Below, piece by piece: positions 1 to 10,673 of a DNA stretch of 64,000 nt. The stretch is from Azolla caroliniana (lineage: Eukaryota > Plantae > Polypodiophyta), in assembly GCA_043228905.1 (NCBI GenBank), contig JBHGNT010000005.1, forward strand, positions 17,298,001 to 17,362,000. The letters are read 5' to 3'. The translations under genes and the position numbers were made by a program. The notes beneath the pieces were generated by a model that was not told the origin of the DNA, did no database searches, and worked only from the letters and a program-made list of their open reading frames with translations. The number at the start of each line of letters is the position of its first letter. Within the stretch, counting starts at the first letter, position 1.

Positions 1-1130
1 AAAAAGATATTACGAGAGATCTTTACTACAATGTGGTTTGCGGTGATGTCATCGACTTGATCCAGAAGGTGCCAAAGAAGGAATATACGCTAATGATTGC
101 GGATATTCCTTACGGATTTCGAATGGCTGGGTCATCATACGACGATGAACCGTTTAGGTTTAAACAATTGGAGAAGATGGTCAAGGATTTCGCTGAGCTA
201 ACGACCGCATCCTTGTGGCGAATAGTTGTCTTTCATAGTATGGACCAAGGGTACTCGGTAGCTCAAGCTTTGAGATCTCGTTGCCATGGCATCGAGAACC
301 TTGCATGGTAAGGATTATTTATAGGTGTCTTTCACTATATTGCATTTCTTAAGGTTGTTGAATCTATTCTTAACTCGATGAATTATTTTTTATAGGATCA
401 AGACCAATGTAAATAGAGGGCCAACTTTTCGGTTCGTTAATGCCATTGAATACATAACGGTTGGCTACTTCGATGAAATTAAGAAATAGAGAATCAAAGA
501 GCATTCTAATGAAGTGGGAGGTTCAAATCTGTTGGTATATCCAGCAGTGACACGGAAATTGCGACATGTCACCACGACAGAACGAGGACTTGTCAACCCA
601 TACCAAAAACCTCAACGACTTATGATGCGCTTGATCAAGATGTTTTCTGTCGAAGGAGACTGGATATTAGATCTCTTTTCTGGCACAGGTATTCCTCGAA
701 CCAGGGTAACGATCTTGAGATAACCAATCCCTTTTTTTTCGTTTGACAACTAAATCTTATTGTTACTTACATCACAGGAACTACGTCTGCATGTGCATTG
801 AAGCTGTTTAGAAATACAGTTGCATTGGAGAAGGACGAGGACCAAGTTATATTTACTAATATGCGGATTAAGGCTTTGTGGGAGTGCTCAGACCAGGATG
901 AGGAGGTCGGTGCAAAGAACCTCGCCAATACAGAAAGGTTTCAACCTGCTTCGCGAGAGCCTATTCCTCCGTTAGCCGGCGAACCGGGGGAGCTAATAGA
1001 GCTTGATGATGAGCTTATAGAAGATATTTCGTTGGCTCGGCTAACAGGGGAAACCAATGCACGTATAGCCGAAGACAGTTCTACACAAGATGATGAAGAA
1101 AATGACGTTGATGAATTGATTACTATGTAA
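1..1130 (+). pseudogene. Spliced beta-class N4-C/N6-A DNA methyltransferase (N6_N4_Mtase-like); 5' end outside window; one in-frame TAG
   Basis: Exons <1-307, 396-688, 778-1130 joined by GT-AG introns 308-395 (88 nt) and 689-777 (89 nt). The splices restore ...VVCGDVIDLIQKVP...MIADIPYG (motif IV)...W|IK...NAIEYITVGY...PYQKP.RLM.RLIKMFSVEGDWILDLFSGT|GTTSACALKLFRNTVALEKD (motif I/II). In-frame TAG at 487-489. Acidic C-terminal tail. Confidence 0.85.
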
Positions 1131-1551
1131 TAGACTCTATGAAGAATATGACACTGACGATTTGTTAAGATTTCACATTATTAATACAAATTTTGGGTTT
1201 TACCTAGTGGATTCTATTCTTTATAATCTTCTATATGTTTCAATTTTATTTTTATATACTTGATTAGTAGATTTATGACATTGGTTTCACCGCGTGCATA
1301 GCTGACTACCAAACTTATGGAAAAACATGAACTAGTTTAAATGGAGGCTGATTTTGGTCCAAGCTAACCTTAACAGAACATGGCCCTATAATTGTTGCCA
1401 TGACTGTCCATGTTGTTATTATGGATCTTTGTCTTCTATTGTTAAAACTATTATGTTTCTATTCCATTGCTGCTTAGATTGTGTAGTGTGTTGATAATGG
1501 TTCCAGTTGCGTTATCGTTGGGAGTTTGATCTTGTGTGAATCACCTAAGCA

Positions 1552-1790
1552 ATAGAGTAGATCAATTTTAAATACAGGTATGAAAGCCTAATAGGTTTGT
1601 TATTTCCACGACATTATCCTAAAGTTCACTGCCTTACATTGTCCACAATTATAAACATATGGTTTGATCCCATATGAACAAACTGAGGAATAGATTAGAT
1701 CAACTTTAAATACAAGTATTGAATACTTTAATAAGTTAGTTATTCCAATCACTTATCCTAATGTGCACTATCCTACATTTTCCACAATTA
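1552..1790. repeat. Degenerate direct duplication, ~100-bp core, ~138-bp period
   Basis: aatagagtagatcaattttaaataca...tccacaatta (1552-1651) recurs as aatagattagatcaactttaaataca...tccacaatta (1689-1790). Confidence 0.75.
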
Positions 1791-2167
1791 CATACATGCA
1801 CGTATGGGTCAAAGTATAAATTATATCTCATTTTATTAGTATGGATACAACTACACCTGATATTTTTGTAAAACTTACCTAATTAATATAAGTCTTTAAG
1901 TTAGTGTTTCCCTTGTCGCACAGTAGTGACATATTGAGCCATAGTTGAACTTTATTATGCCTACATTAACTTATCAACATGTCTAAACTTGCATGATTTC
2001 TAATGATCTCCACTCGTAGATCTATCATGTATTTTTATATTTGCAAATTCTCATCAAGTTGAGGAACATGTGATACTAGTGCATCCAATTTTTGTAGAGA
2101 TTGCTTCGTTTTAAGAAGATTCTACAAGTGGAATGCGCAATCCTTCCACTTGTGAACGCGAACGTGT

Positions 2168-4965
2168 TTCCAGTGAGTATCCTACGAGGATACATTTCTC
2201 CGACTTCGGGTCGAGCTTTTGACGCTTCTCGTCGGGGATGTGCATGTACGCAATGGAGCCGAATATCCAAACATGTGATAGGTTCGGCTTCTTTCCGAAG
2301 AATCTTTTGTGCGGAGTGACCTCGTGCACGCCAGATGTTGTGCACCGGTTCATTAGGTAGATGGCTGTATTTGCCGCTTCGGCCCAATATGACTTGGGCA
2401 TATGCTTCTCGTTCATCATGGCCCGCGCTACTTCGAGGATGTGCCGATTTTTGCACTCGGCTACTCCATTTTGTTGCGGAGTCTGTCGGCAAGTGAATTC
2501 TCGCCGAATTCCTTCCTTTCGGAAATACGTCGTGAAATCGTCCGAGAAGTACTCCTTGCCGCCATCCGATCGAAGGCATCGTACATGTCGGCCCGTGGCT
2601 TTCTCGACTTCATTCTTGAAATTTTGGAAGTGTCCGAACACTTCGCTCTTTTGCCGCATCGGGTAGATCCAAGTGTGCCTAGAAAAGTCGTCGATGAAGA
2701 GCACGTAATATCGGCATCCGCCGAATGTCGCCGTTTGAGCCGGACCCCATACATCGGAATGAATTACGTCGAGTACGCCTTTGCTCACATTCCGCTCCTT
2801 CGGAAATGGGTGTCGGTGTTGCTTGCCGAATTGGCACGCTTCACATACACCTTCAATCTCCTTCTCTTTGAATCTCGGGAGTCCGATGACGACTCCTTTC
2901 GATTTCATTGCTTTGAGTTTGTTGAGATAGATGTGGCCGATTCGCTTATGTCATAGCTCTATGTCGGAGTCGGCTTTCGTGCTTTTCGCGAACATGGCGG
3001 ATTTCAGCTCGTGCGAATCGAGAATGAACATCCGGCCCTCTCTTCTTCCGCGTGCAATGATTCGACCTTCTTTTTCAATGAAGCACCCTTCTTGGTCGAA
3101 TCGTACTTGCATCCCTTGCTCAACCATTTGGCCAACTGAGACCAAATTCTTTGTGATGGTGGGTACATGCAAGACATTTTTAATGTATGTTTGCTTACCT
3201 CTTTTGCCGAACGGAACATTGCCGATGTGGCGAATCGGGTGTGTAGTGTCATCTCTGGTTTCGACATAACCGGGTCGTTGCGGCTCTCGAAGTTCGAGAA
3301 ACCATTCTTTGTGGGATGTCATATGGTTTGAGGCTCCGGAGTCAACAAACCATACATCCTCCGGATTGAGGGCACTAGTTGAGGTAGAGGCCGACATAGA
3401 CTTTGCTCTATGTTTCATCATGAACATTCCGCCACGGTCGGAGTTGTATGCGTACATTCCGCCACGATCCTCGTAGTCGGAGTTGTGCCCGTACATTCCG
3501 CTATACTCTTCGTAGTCGGAATTGTGCGCGTAATTCGTGAGTTGTCGGCTTGTGGAAGCCGATTCACACATCTTCTTTCGGCACTCTTCTTCGTGGTGGT
3601 CGAGCTTTCCGCAATATCCGCATTCGGTTGTGTTTTGACGGCTCGGGCCGGAGTGGAAGCTACCCCTTCTTGTGAAGGTTCCTCGTTGGCCTCCGTTTTG
3701 CGGCTGAACTTGGGAGTTGTTGTCGTAGGTCGGACCTCGTCCGCCTTGTCCTTGGCCGAATCGGCCTCTCGCTCGTCCGCGTCCTCTTCCTCCATTAGAG
3801 TGCGTGTAGAGCATGTGGTCTTCCGACTCATTGCTCCTTGTACACACGTGGTTTTCTTCGACCAATAGCATTGATTGGAACTCGAAGAAGGAGGGAGATT
3901 TCTCTCGTGCTAGAACGGTGGTTCGCATCGCGCCGAACCGTGGTGCGAGGCCGCCGAGGCATATTTGCACCATCTCATCATCATCTATACTTACGCTTAT
4001 TGAGCCGAGCGAGTCGCAAAGCTCCTTGATCTTCAAGGTGTATGTCGTGATGGACATATCCCTTTGTTGAATGTTGTTCAACTCTTGGCGAAGTTGAAGC
4101 TTCCTCGCGGTCGTGTTGGCGGCGAAAATCTTTCGTAGGTTTTCCCACACTTCCTTCGGTGTCTTGGCTTCTCGAATGTAACCGAGCATGTGGTCGTGCA
4201 CACATGTCGCCAAACAATACATCACACGGCTTGCGGTTTGCTCCCATGTTGTGTATCCGGGAGCCACTTCAGCGGGTCGGTCTTCATGCGCTCCTTTGAT
4301 GTAGCTCCAATAGCCTTGTCCGACAAGGTATTGGTGCATCTTGTACTCCCAAGATGCGAAGTTGTTTTGATCCAACTTCTCGGTAGGGAGAGCGCTCCCC
4401 ATTTGAGTATTCATTATGTCAATTCTTCTTCTTCTTCTTCTTCTTCTCTCTTTGAATGTGAGCTATGTAGCAAAGCTACGATAGCAATGAGCCGGTTCTT
4501 GGTCATCTACGTGGAGCACAACACACAATCACGATGAGGCAAATGGGCTAGATCGAGCTACCAAATCGCTCTGATACCATGTAAAGAATCAAGAGATGGA
4601 TTCTTGTGAAGCGGAATAGGTGTGAACTGTGTGTGTGTGAGAGAGAGATTGAGAGAGAGAGAGAGAGACCCACAGAGTATACGCAAGGTTAAAAGTATAT
4701 TGACAAAGGAGAAAGACTCAACATTATACAAGGTGGGAGGAGGGTGCATTATGTAGTCACCCTCTCTCTTCATTAACTACAAGCCTCATGGAGCATGGGG
4801 AATGTGAAAGCTCATAAGTTATGTGTCATAGAATATGATTCCATGACTCATACTAAATGCTAGAATACAAAGTGGTGACATAATGGTGACTCTTGACCGT
4901 TGGAGTGTCTCTTCACTCTCAAGGTGAGTTCACACACTAGACCAAGTTGAGCTTGATTCTCAATA
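2168..4965 (-). mobile_element. Ty1/Copia element A: 5' LTR + gag-PR-INT, 3'-truncated
   Basis: 5' LTR 4965-4580. PBS TGGTATCAGAGC (tRNA-iMet) at 4579-4568. ORF 4414-2951 has gag, a CCHC knuckle (CGYCGKLDHHEEEC) and protease WFVDSGASNHM. TGA replaces W at 2951-2953. Integrase (CEACQFGKQH, HSDVWGP, RSDGGKEY, PQQNGVAE) breaks off after CILVGYSLE at ~2168. Confidence 0.92.
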
Positions 4966-6218
4966 GACATCAACTAGGTCAAGTCCCTCGTCTCCAGCAA
5001 ATTCGAGATGACGGACATGAAAGAGCTCCATTACTTGGCGTCGAGGTAATTCAAACTCCAGCTGACATTATGATCTCCCAATGACATTACATCCTCAACT
5101 TGTTATACAAGTTCGGGATGATTGAGAGCAAATCTGTGGCAACCCCTCTTGATCGAAACCTTAAACTGGATGCCAACTCTGGCATCACAGAGTGTGAGCT
5201 GACCCACTATAGACAACTCATTGGTAGTCTTATCTACTTCACGATCACTCGTCCCGAACTCAGCTATATGATTAGTCTCGTTACTCAATTCAAACAAACT
5301 CCATGAGATATTCATTTAGATTGTGCTAAGCAAGTGTTACGATACGTGAGTAGCACAATGGATTATAACATTCTCTACAAGACGCCAATGCCAATTTGAC
5401 TCGAAGGGTACATAGATGCCGATTGGGCCGGCGATAGAGCCGACCGATGATTGACCTTAGGATTCGTCTTCTCTCTCGGAAGTGGAGCCATCTCCTAGAG
5501 TAGCAAGAAGTAGCCAATTGTTGCACTTTCGAGCACAGAGGCTAAATACATGGGCGCGGTTGTGGTTGCATGTGAAGTCGTCTGACTGAAGAGAATCTTG
5601 AAGGATCTGGACGTTCCCATCAAGGATCCGACTCTCCTTTACTGCGACAACATGAGCAATATTCATTTGGCTCGGAACCCGATGTTCCACGCACACACAA
5701 AGCATATTGAAGTGCATTATCACTTCATTCGAGAGTGCGTTCAAGCTGGAGATGTCGACCTTCAACACATCAACATGAATCTTCAGACAACTGACATTTT
5801 CACCAAAGCCCTAGGAGCCGACAAGGTTCAGAAATTCATGTCAGACCTTGGACTAATGATCCTTGACTTGCCAAGCTTGAGGGGGAGTACAAGGGAGAAC
5901 TGGAAACCGTCCGAAATGGATACCAACCGAAGCGAACATCAACCGAAAGAAGCCGACCAAAGTTGAGCTTGAGGGGGCGTGTTGAGAATCAAGCTCAACC
6001 TAGTCTAGTGTGTGAACACACCCTTTGAGAATCTATGAACACTCAAAGGTCAAAAGTGACCACTACTCTCTACACATTAACTATGTGTCCTAGAATCATA
6101 TTCTATGACACATAACTAATGAGTTCCATATTCCCCATGACTAATGAGTCTCCACACTCCCCAAGGTTCTAGAGAGAGAGTGGGCGTTTTAGTGAGTTAA
6201 TGAAGAGAGAGGGTGACT
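4966..6218 (+). mobile_element. Copia 3' fragment (RT C-term, RNase H, PPT, truncated 3' LTR), family related to element A
   Basis: Starts abruptly with ...KFEMTDMKELHY; YRQLIGSLIY, LYCDNMS, HTKHIEVHYHFIRE, DIFTKAL with stops. PPT gagggggcg at 5971-5979. LTR from 5980 (tgttgagaatcaagctcaac) is homologous to the reverse complement of 4965-4760. Confidence 0.88.
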
Positions 6219-7555
6219 TTTAACATGTGTCATGGCTTTGCACTTTTGTGGATGTACTATTCATCATCTTTGCATGGGCGCTTAGTTTTGACAAACTGCT
6301 TGTCAATGTATTTGCATCCATCACATGCTTCATTATCATCATTTACTATTGTAGCGCATCTTTTCTCCATTGTCGTATTTAGGGGGTATTCAACCCTTGA
6401 CCCTATTAATTTTGATGTTAACTCTTACAACATGGCCAAGTCCTTATCTTTTAATTATAGGTAACAAGAGCCTTCGTATTTGGGCTTCCCATTCACCTCA
6501 GCATTATATGTCATTATAAGCAACAACTTGCATTTGTTTTGTCAATATTGTAGTGCAATTAGGCATACCTTTGTCAAAGATGAATAGTTTGTTGCTATGT
6601 TCGAAAATGTACATAGCATACTTATTTTCAAGTGTGAAGTAGTTTGTTGCTATGATCCAAAATGTACATACAAATTTTGTTAATCAAGAATGGAACGTGT
6701 AGCGAAAACAATGTTGGGACCTTTATGGGCAGTATTAAAGTAGTTGTTTTGAAGAATGTTGATGCATTGGATAGCTTTAGCGTTAACTCATAAATGGTTC
6801 ATAAATTGGTCACCCACTACTTTGTTCTTTCTTCTTTAACGATGATTGATGTATGGACAAGTCACTGAACCAATCTTTTGAAAGCTTCCATATGGAGCTA
6901 TAGCCAATGATAGTTGTGTAAGTTATCATTTACTAACACCCAATCACCATTTGTTATCTTCATGGGACAAAGCGGTCGTCACTTATCAAAACTCTTAGTG
7001 GCAACTTCATGAGCTTCTACCCAATCTTTTTAGCCTCTTCCCCCTTGTGTTGAACATTAGGTGTTCTCTGTTGATATTGCAAACAAGTTATTGAACATTC
7101 TAACACAATCCAGTCAAGCTTGAGAAGGCAACATCTGAAATATTCACATATTGAAGGGGGGTTAGAGGGAGGTTTAAAATTTTCAATATATGAATAGACT
7201 TGTCTATACATAACCAATAGATAACAAGAGGACACAAGGCACATTGCCTTATAACATGGCAATATGGTGTGAACACGAGGGATGCTAGTCCCTATGAAGA
7301 AGAAAGAGGGTGCTAGAACCTAGTGGCATTGGCTAATAACACGTAAGTACTTCAAAGGAATCTCTAGCAAGATTAAGTAATATGATGACAACTAGCGGCA
7401 ATTCTATTAGTTAGAATTGTGGTTACTGCTCGGACAGTTCATTGGCTCGCGAGAGAAGACACGAAGGCACGCACGAGGAGGGGCGGGAGTCTCAGAGGAG
7501 GATGACAATAATGCACGTGCGCGTGCTTGAACATGGATGGTGGGGACCCCGCACC

Positions 7556-7598
7556 CACCCACATACATACATATACATATACCCTAATCCTACCCACA

Positions 7599-7634
<36 letters not shown>

Positions 7635-7651
7635 CCCTAATCCTACCCACA

Positions 7652-7683
<32 letters not shown>

Positions 7684-7838
7684 CCCTAATCCTAGCCACA
7701 TACATATATATACATTGTTTATACCCTAATTCTACCCACCCACATACATATACATATACCCTAATCCTACCCACACACATACATACATATACCCTAATCC
7801 TACCCACATGCATACATATACCCTAATTCCACCCTACC
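7556..7838. repeat. Compound minisatellite: (TACA)n blocks separated by TACCCTAATCCTACCCA
   Basis: About 7 copies of taccctaat(c/t)cta(c)cca interleaved with acat/tata microsatellite; followed by (CT)n at 7842-7866. Confidence 0.9.
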
Positions 7839-8038
7839 CTACTCTCTCTCTCTCTCTCTCTCTCTCCCATCAATGGTGTGAACACTCCCCCTCCACACAC
7901 AGAGACAGAGCCAGAGAGGTAAGTCTCTGTCCTTGTGAATGAAGAAGAAATCAAAACGCCATAGCAATCACAAGGGAAGCAGAAACCGTAATACCATAGC
8001 CAATCTACCTGTACATACTTCATTCCAAGAGTAGGGCT

Positions 8039-8923
8039 ATGGATGGGTCTCCTTCCTCCTCCCATCACAACCACAGAGACCCGATTCTTCATCGACAAGA
8101 TTGGGAGCTTCTCTCCGCATCCACTCTGTTGACTCAGAGCCACATATTAGGGCTTGGGTTAGGGTTGGGATTGGGGCGAGAAGATGGAGATAATGGAGAT
8201 GGATCTTCAGGGCCCACTTCAAGAGATTCAGGCAATTCTGTCGATGAAATGAATCCATCTTTCTTAAGCTTTTCAGGTGTCTATGGAAGAAGCTATATTC
8301 CTGCGGATATGAGTCAGATCTCTGCTATGTATAATAGTAGTACTAGTGCCAGTGCATCTGTTCTTGAACCTTTTACAGAAGGATGGGAACCTCAATTCAG
8401 AATAGCCGGGGCTCCTCTGCAAGAAGATTATTATGGAAGAGAAGATCCGTTTGTTGTGCTGGATTCAAATCTAGGTCTTCAGAGACATCGTCATCAGAAC
8501 GAACCTTTTCTAGTCATGGATCAGAGCTTCCTTGCAGAACCCAATTCTATTATTATTACAGAAAAAGAAGAAAAGAAGACTTCTTCGCTGCGAGATTCTA
8601 ATTCAGTGAGAAAGCAGAGAGAATCGGAGGAATTTGGTGCAGAGAAAGGGTTGGATGATGATGATGAAGAAGAAGAAGATGATGATGATGATGATGATGA
8701 AGATGAAGAAGAAGAAGAAGAAGATGGAGAGGGAAGTATGAAAGAATGCTCTTTTCAGGTGACTAAATTTACCAAAAGCAAAGTATCTTCTGTTTTCGGT
8801 GAGAAGATCTCTCAGTGGAATCAAGATAAGCATCTGTATCAGAGGTCTCATATTATATTGTCTGTTGCTATTGCCGCTGCTTTACTTGGAGTCTTTCTCT
8901 ATCGCAAGTCAAACGCAAGCTGA
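8039..8923 (+). CDS. 294-aa acidic, low-complexity tail-anchored membrane protein; resembles plant ATG8-interacting ATI1/ATI2 proteins
   Basis: Uninterrupted ATG-TGA ORF downstream of a (CT)n tract. N-terminal DWELLSAS (W-x-x-L AIM, cf. EWEVVSL in ATI1), long D/E tract, single C-terminal hydrophobic helix IILSVAIAAALLGVFLY followed by RKSNAS. Family assignment is from motif recall only. Confidence 0.7.
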   Translation: MDGSPSSSHHNHRDPILHRQDWELLSASTLLTQSHILGLGLGLGLGREDGDNGDGSSGPTSRDSGNSVDEMNPSFLSFSGVYGRSYIPADMSQISAMYNSSTSASASVLEPFTEGWEPQFRIAGAPLQEDYYGREDPFVVLDSNLGLQRHRHQNEPFLVMDQSFLAEPNSIIITEKEEKKTSSLRDSNSVRKQRESEEFGAEKGLDDDDEEEEDDDDDDDEDEEEEEEDGEGSMKECSFQVTKFTKSKVSSVFGEKISQWNQDKHLYQRSHIILSVAIAAALLGVFLYRKSNAS

Positions 8924-10366
8924 AGATCCTATTGCTGAGGTACACACAATTTCGTATATGTAAGTTATACAAACTTTCATATATGATAATAGAAGACTAT
9001 TTAAGATATTCCAAAGTTTTTATATGATCAAAAGAAAGATTGAGATATACAGGACTTCTCATATAATGAATAACAGTATAAAGTTAATGGATTAGACCAT
9101 TAATCTCTGGTTACATATAAGCTAGTGTTATCAAACACTTAAATGGTCTGATAATTGGTGTTCTGACATAGTCTGATTGAACCACCTTAGTTTTCAGTTT
9201 GTTTTGGACATTACTAATATAGCATAGGCTATAGCTGAATAGGAATTTTTTCTGGTTGCAAGATGTTTTTATTCTGAAAAGATCAAACGTAATTGTCGTC
9301 GATCTTTCAAACTAGTCTAGTAAGACCGACCATCTAATTGCGTGCCTCTGTCTTCATTACAGATTAAAAATTGAAAACTTTTTTGATATGAACAACCTTT
9401 GATTCGATCTGGACGTCATGTATGAGGATACATATATATGCATATTTCTCAAGTATCGTGCATATATTCACGAAATATGATCAAAACTATGGCCTGGGAA
9501 CACAAACGTATGACCCCAACACACACCATTTATTGAATCTATAGACATTTGTATCTTTTATCTTTCAATCGAAAGTGGAATGAGTGTAGATTACATATAT
9601 GTTATCCTCTAGAGCTTTCATGAACAAAGAAAATGCTAGATCTAAGTTTGTTCTATCCCCCTACCCTATACTTTTGATTATTCAAGCATGTAAAAGGAAA
9701 TATTTGGGGAGAGAATCCATGGTATTGGATTTTGTGGTGTCATTTTAGGACTCACAGTGCCCTCCATGTTTTATGGTCAACATGGTATTACTAATCATGT
9801 CTGTCAGTTGAAAGGTGTCTTGCAGTGATAATTCTTCTCTTTGCATCCCTTTGGGCTTCTGACATGACATTTTGATACATTATTTGCCAAGCGTGGCAAC
9901 TGCATCGTATTCTTAGTGATCATATGATTTTGTATGGTGGTTTGTGGTTCATATATCCAAATTTCGCTTACATTGTGTGCATATGATAAGAAATATTTGG
10001 TGGCTTAAAAAATAAGAGAAATGCATTCATAATTAAGATATAAATATCCTATGCAGTTTATACCTATATAATGCAATCTAGATCACCTAATCATTATCGT
10101 GACTGAATCAAGATCTCACCTTTATGATCCATGAATTAGAGAGAGAGCATTTTAAATATTATGAAGGCAAAATGTAAAGAATTACATATTATGAATATTA
10201 TTCAAGAATTGAACCTGGCAATGAGACTAAAGCCTACTCCTAGGATTATCCTCATTTTATGTGGATGTTCCATTTTGTGTGCTCATCTATAATGCTGAAG
10301 GAAGTATCTCTTTCATATTAGTAGATTGATTTGGTAATAGGCGTGGAAACTTTATAACATTGCAGA

Positions 10367-10673
10367 CATGGTTTGCATATGTGAGAAGATTGTTTGGGAC
10401 TTTGGGTCCAAAATCTTCACATTGTTACCCTTGTGAATCTCTGTTATCTTTTGTGAAGAATGTCCTTGGTGAGATTTTCATCATTATGAAGCTTAGATAT
10501 ACGTGTTCTAGCTTCTGATACATGGTTTGCATACATGAGAAGATTGTTTGGGAATTTGGGTCCAAAATCTTCTCATTGTTACCCTCGCGAATCTCTCTTA
10601 TCTTTCGTGAAGAATGTCCTTGTTGAGATCTTCATCATTATGAAGCTTAGATATACCGCGTTCTAGCTTCTGA
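10367..10673. repeat. Tandem duplication, 2 x ~154 bp
   Basis: catggtttgcata...gttctagcttctgat starts at both 10367 and 10521 with few mismatches. Confidence 0.9.

Noticed and set aside
487-489. TAG in the MTase repaired by U-to-C RNA editing or readthrough
   Set aside because: U-to-C editing is organellar, whereas this gene is nuclear and spliced. The same CAG>TAG decay is seen throughout neighbouring TEs.
1-1130. Bacterial contamination as the source of the MTase
   Set aside because: It has two spliceosomal introns that restore conserved motifs, and it is gap-free contiguous with plant Copia sequence.
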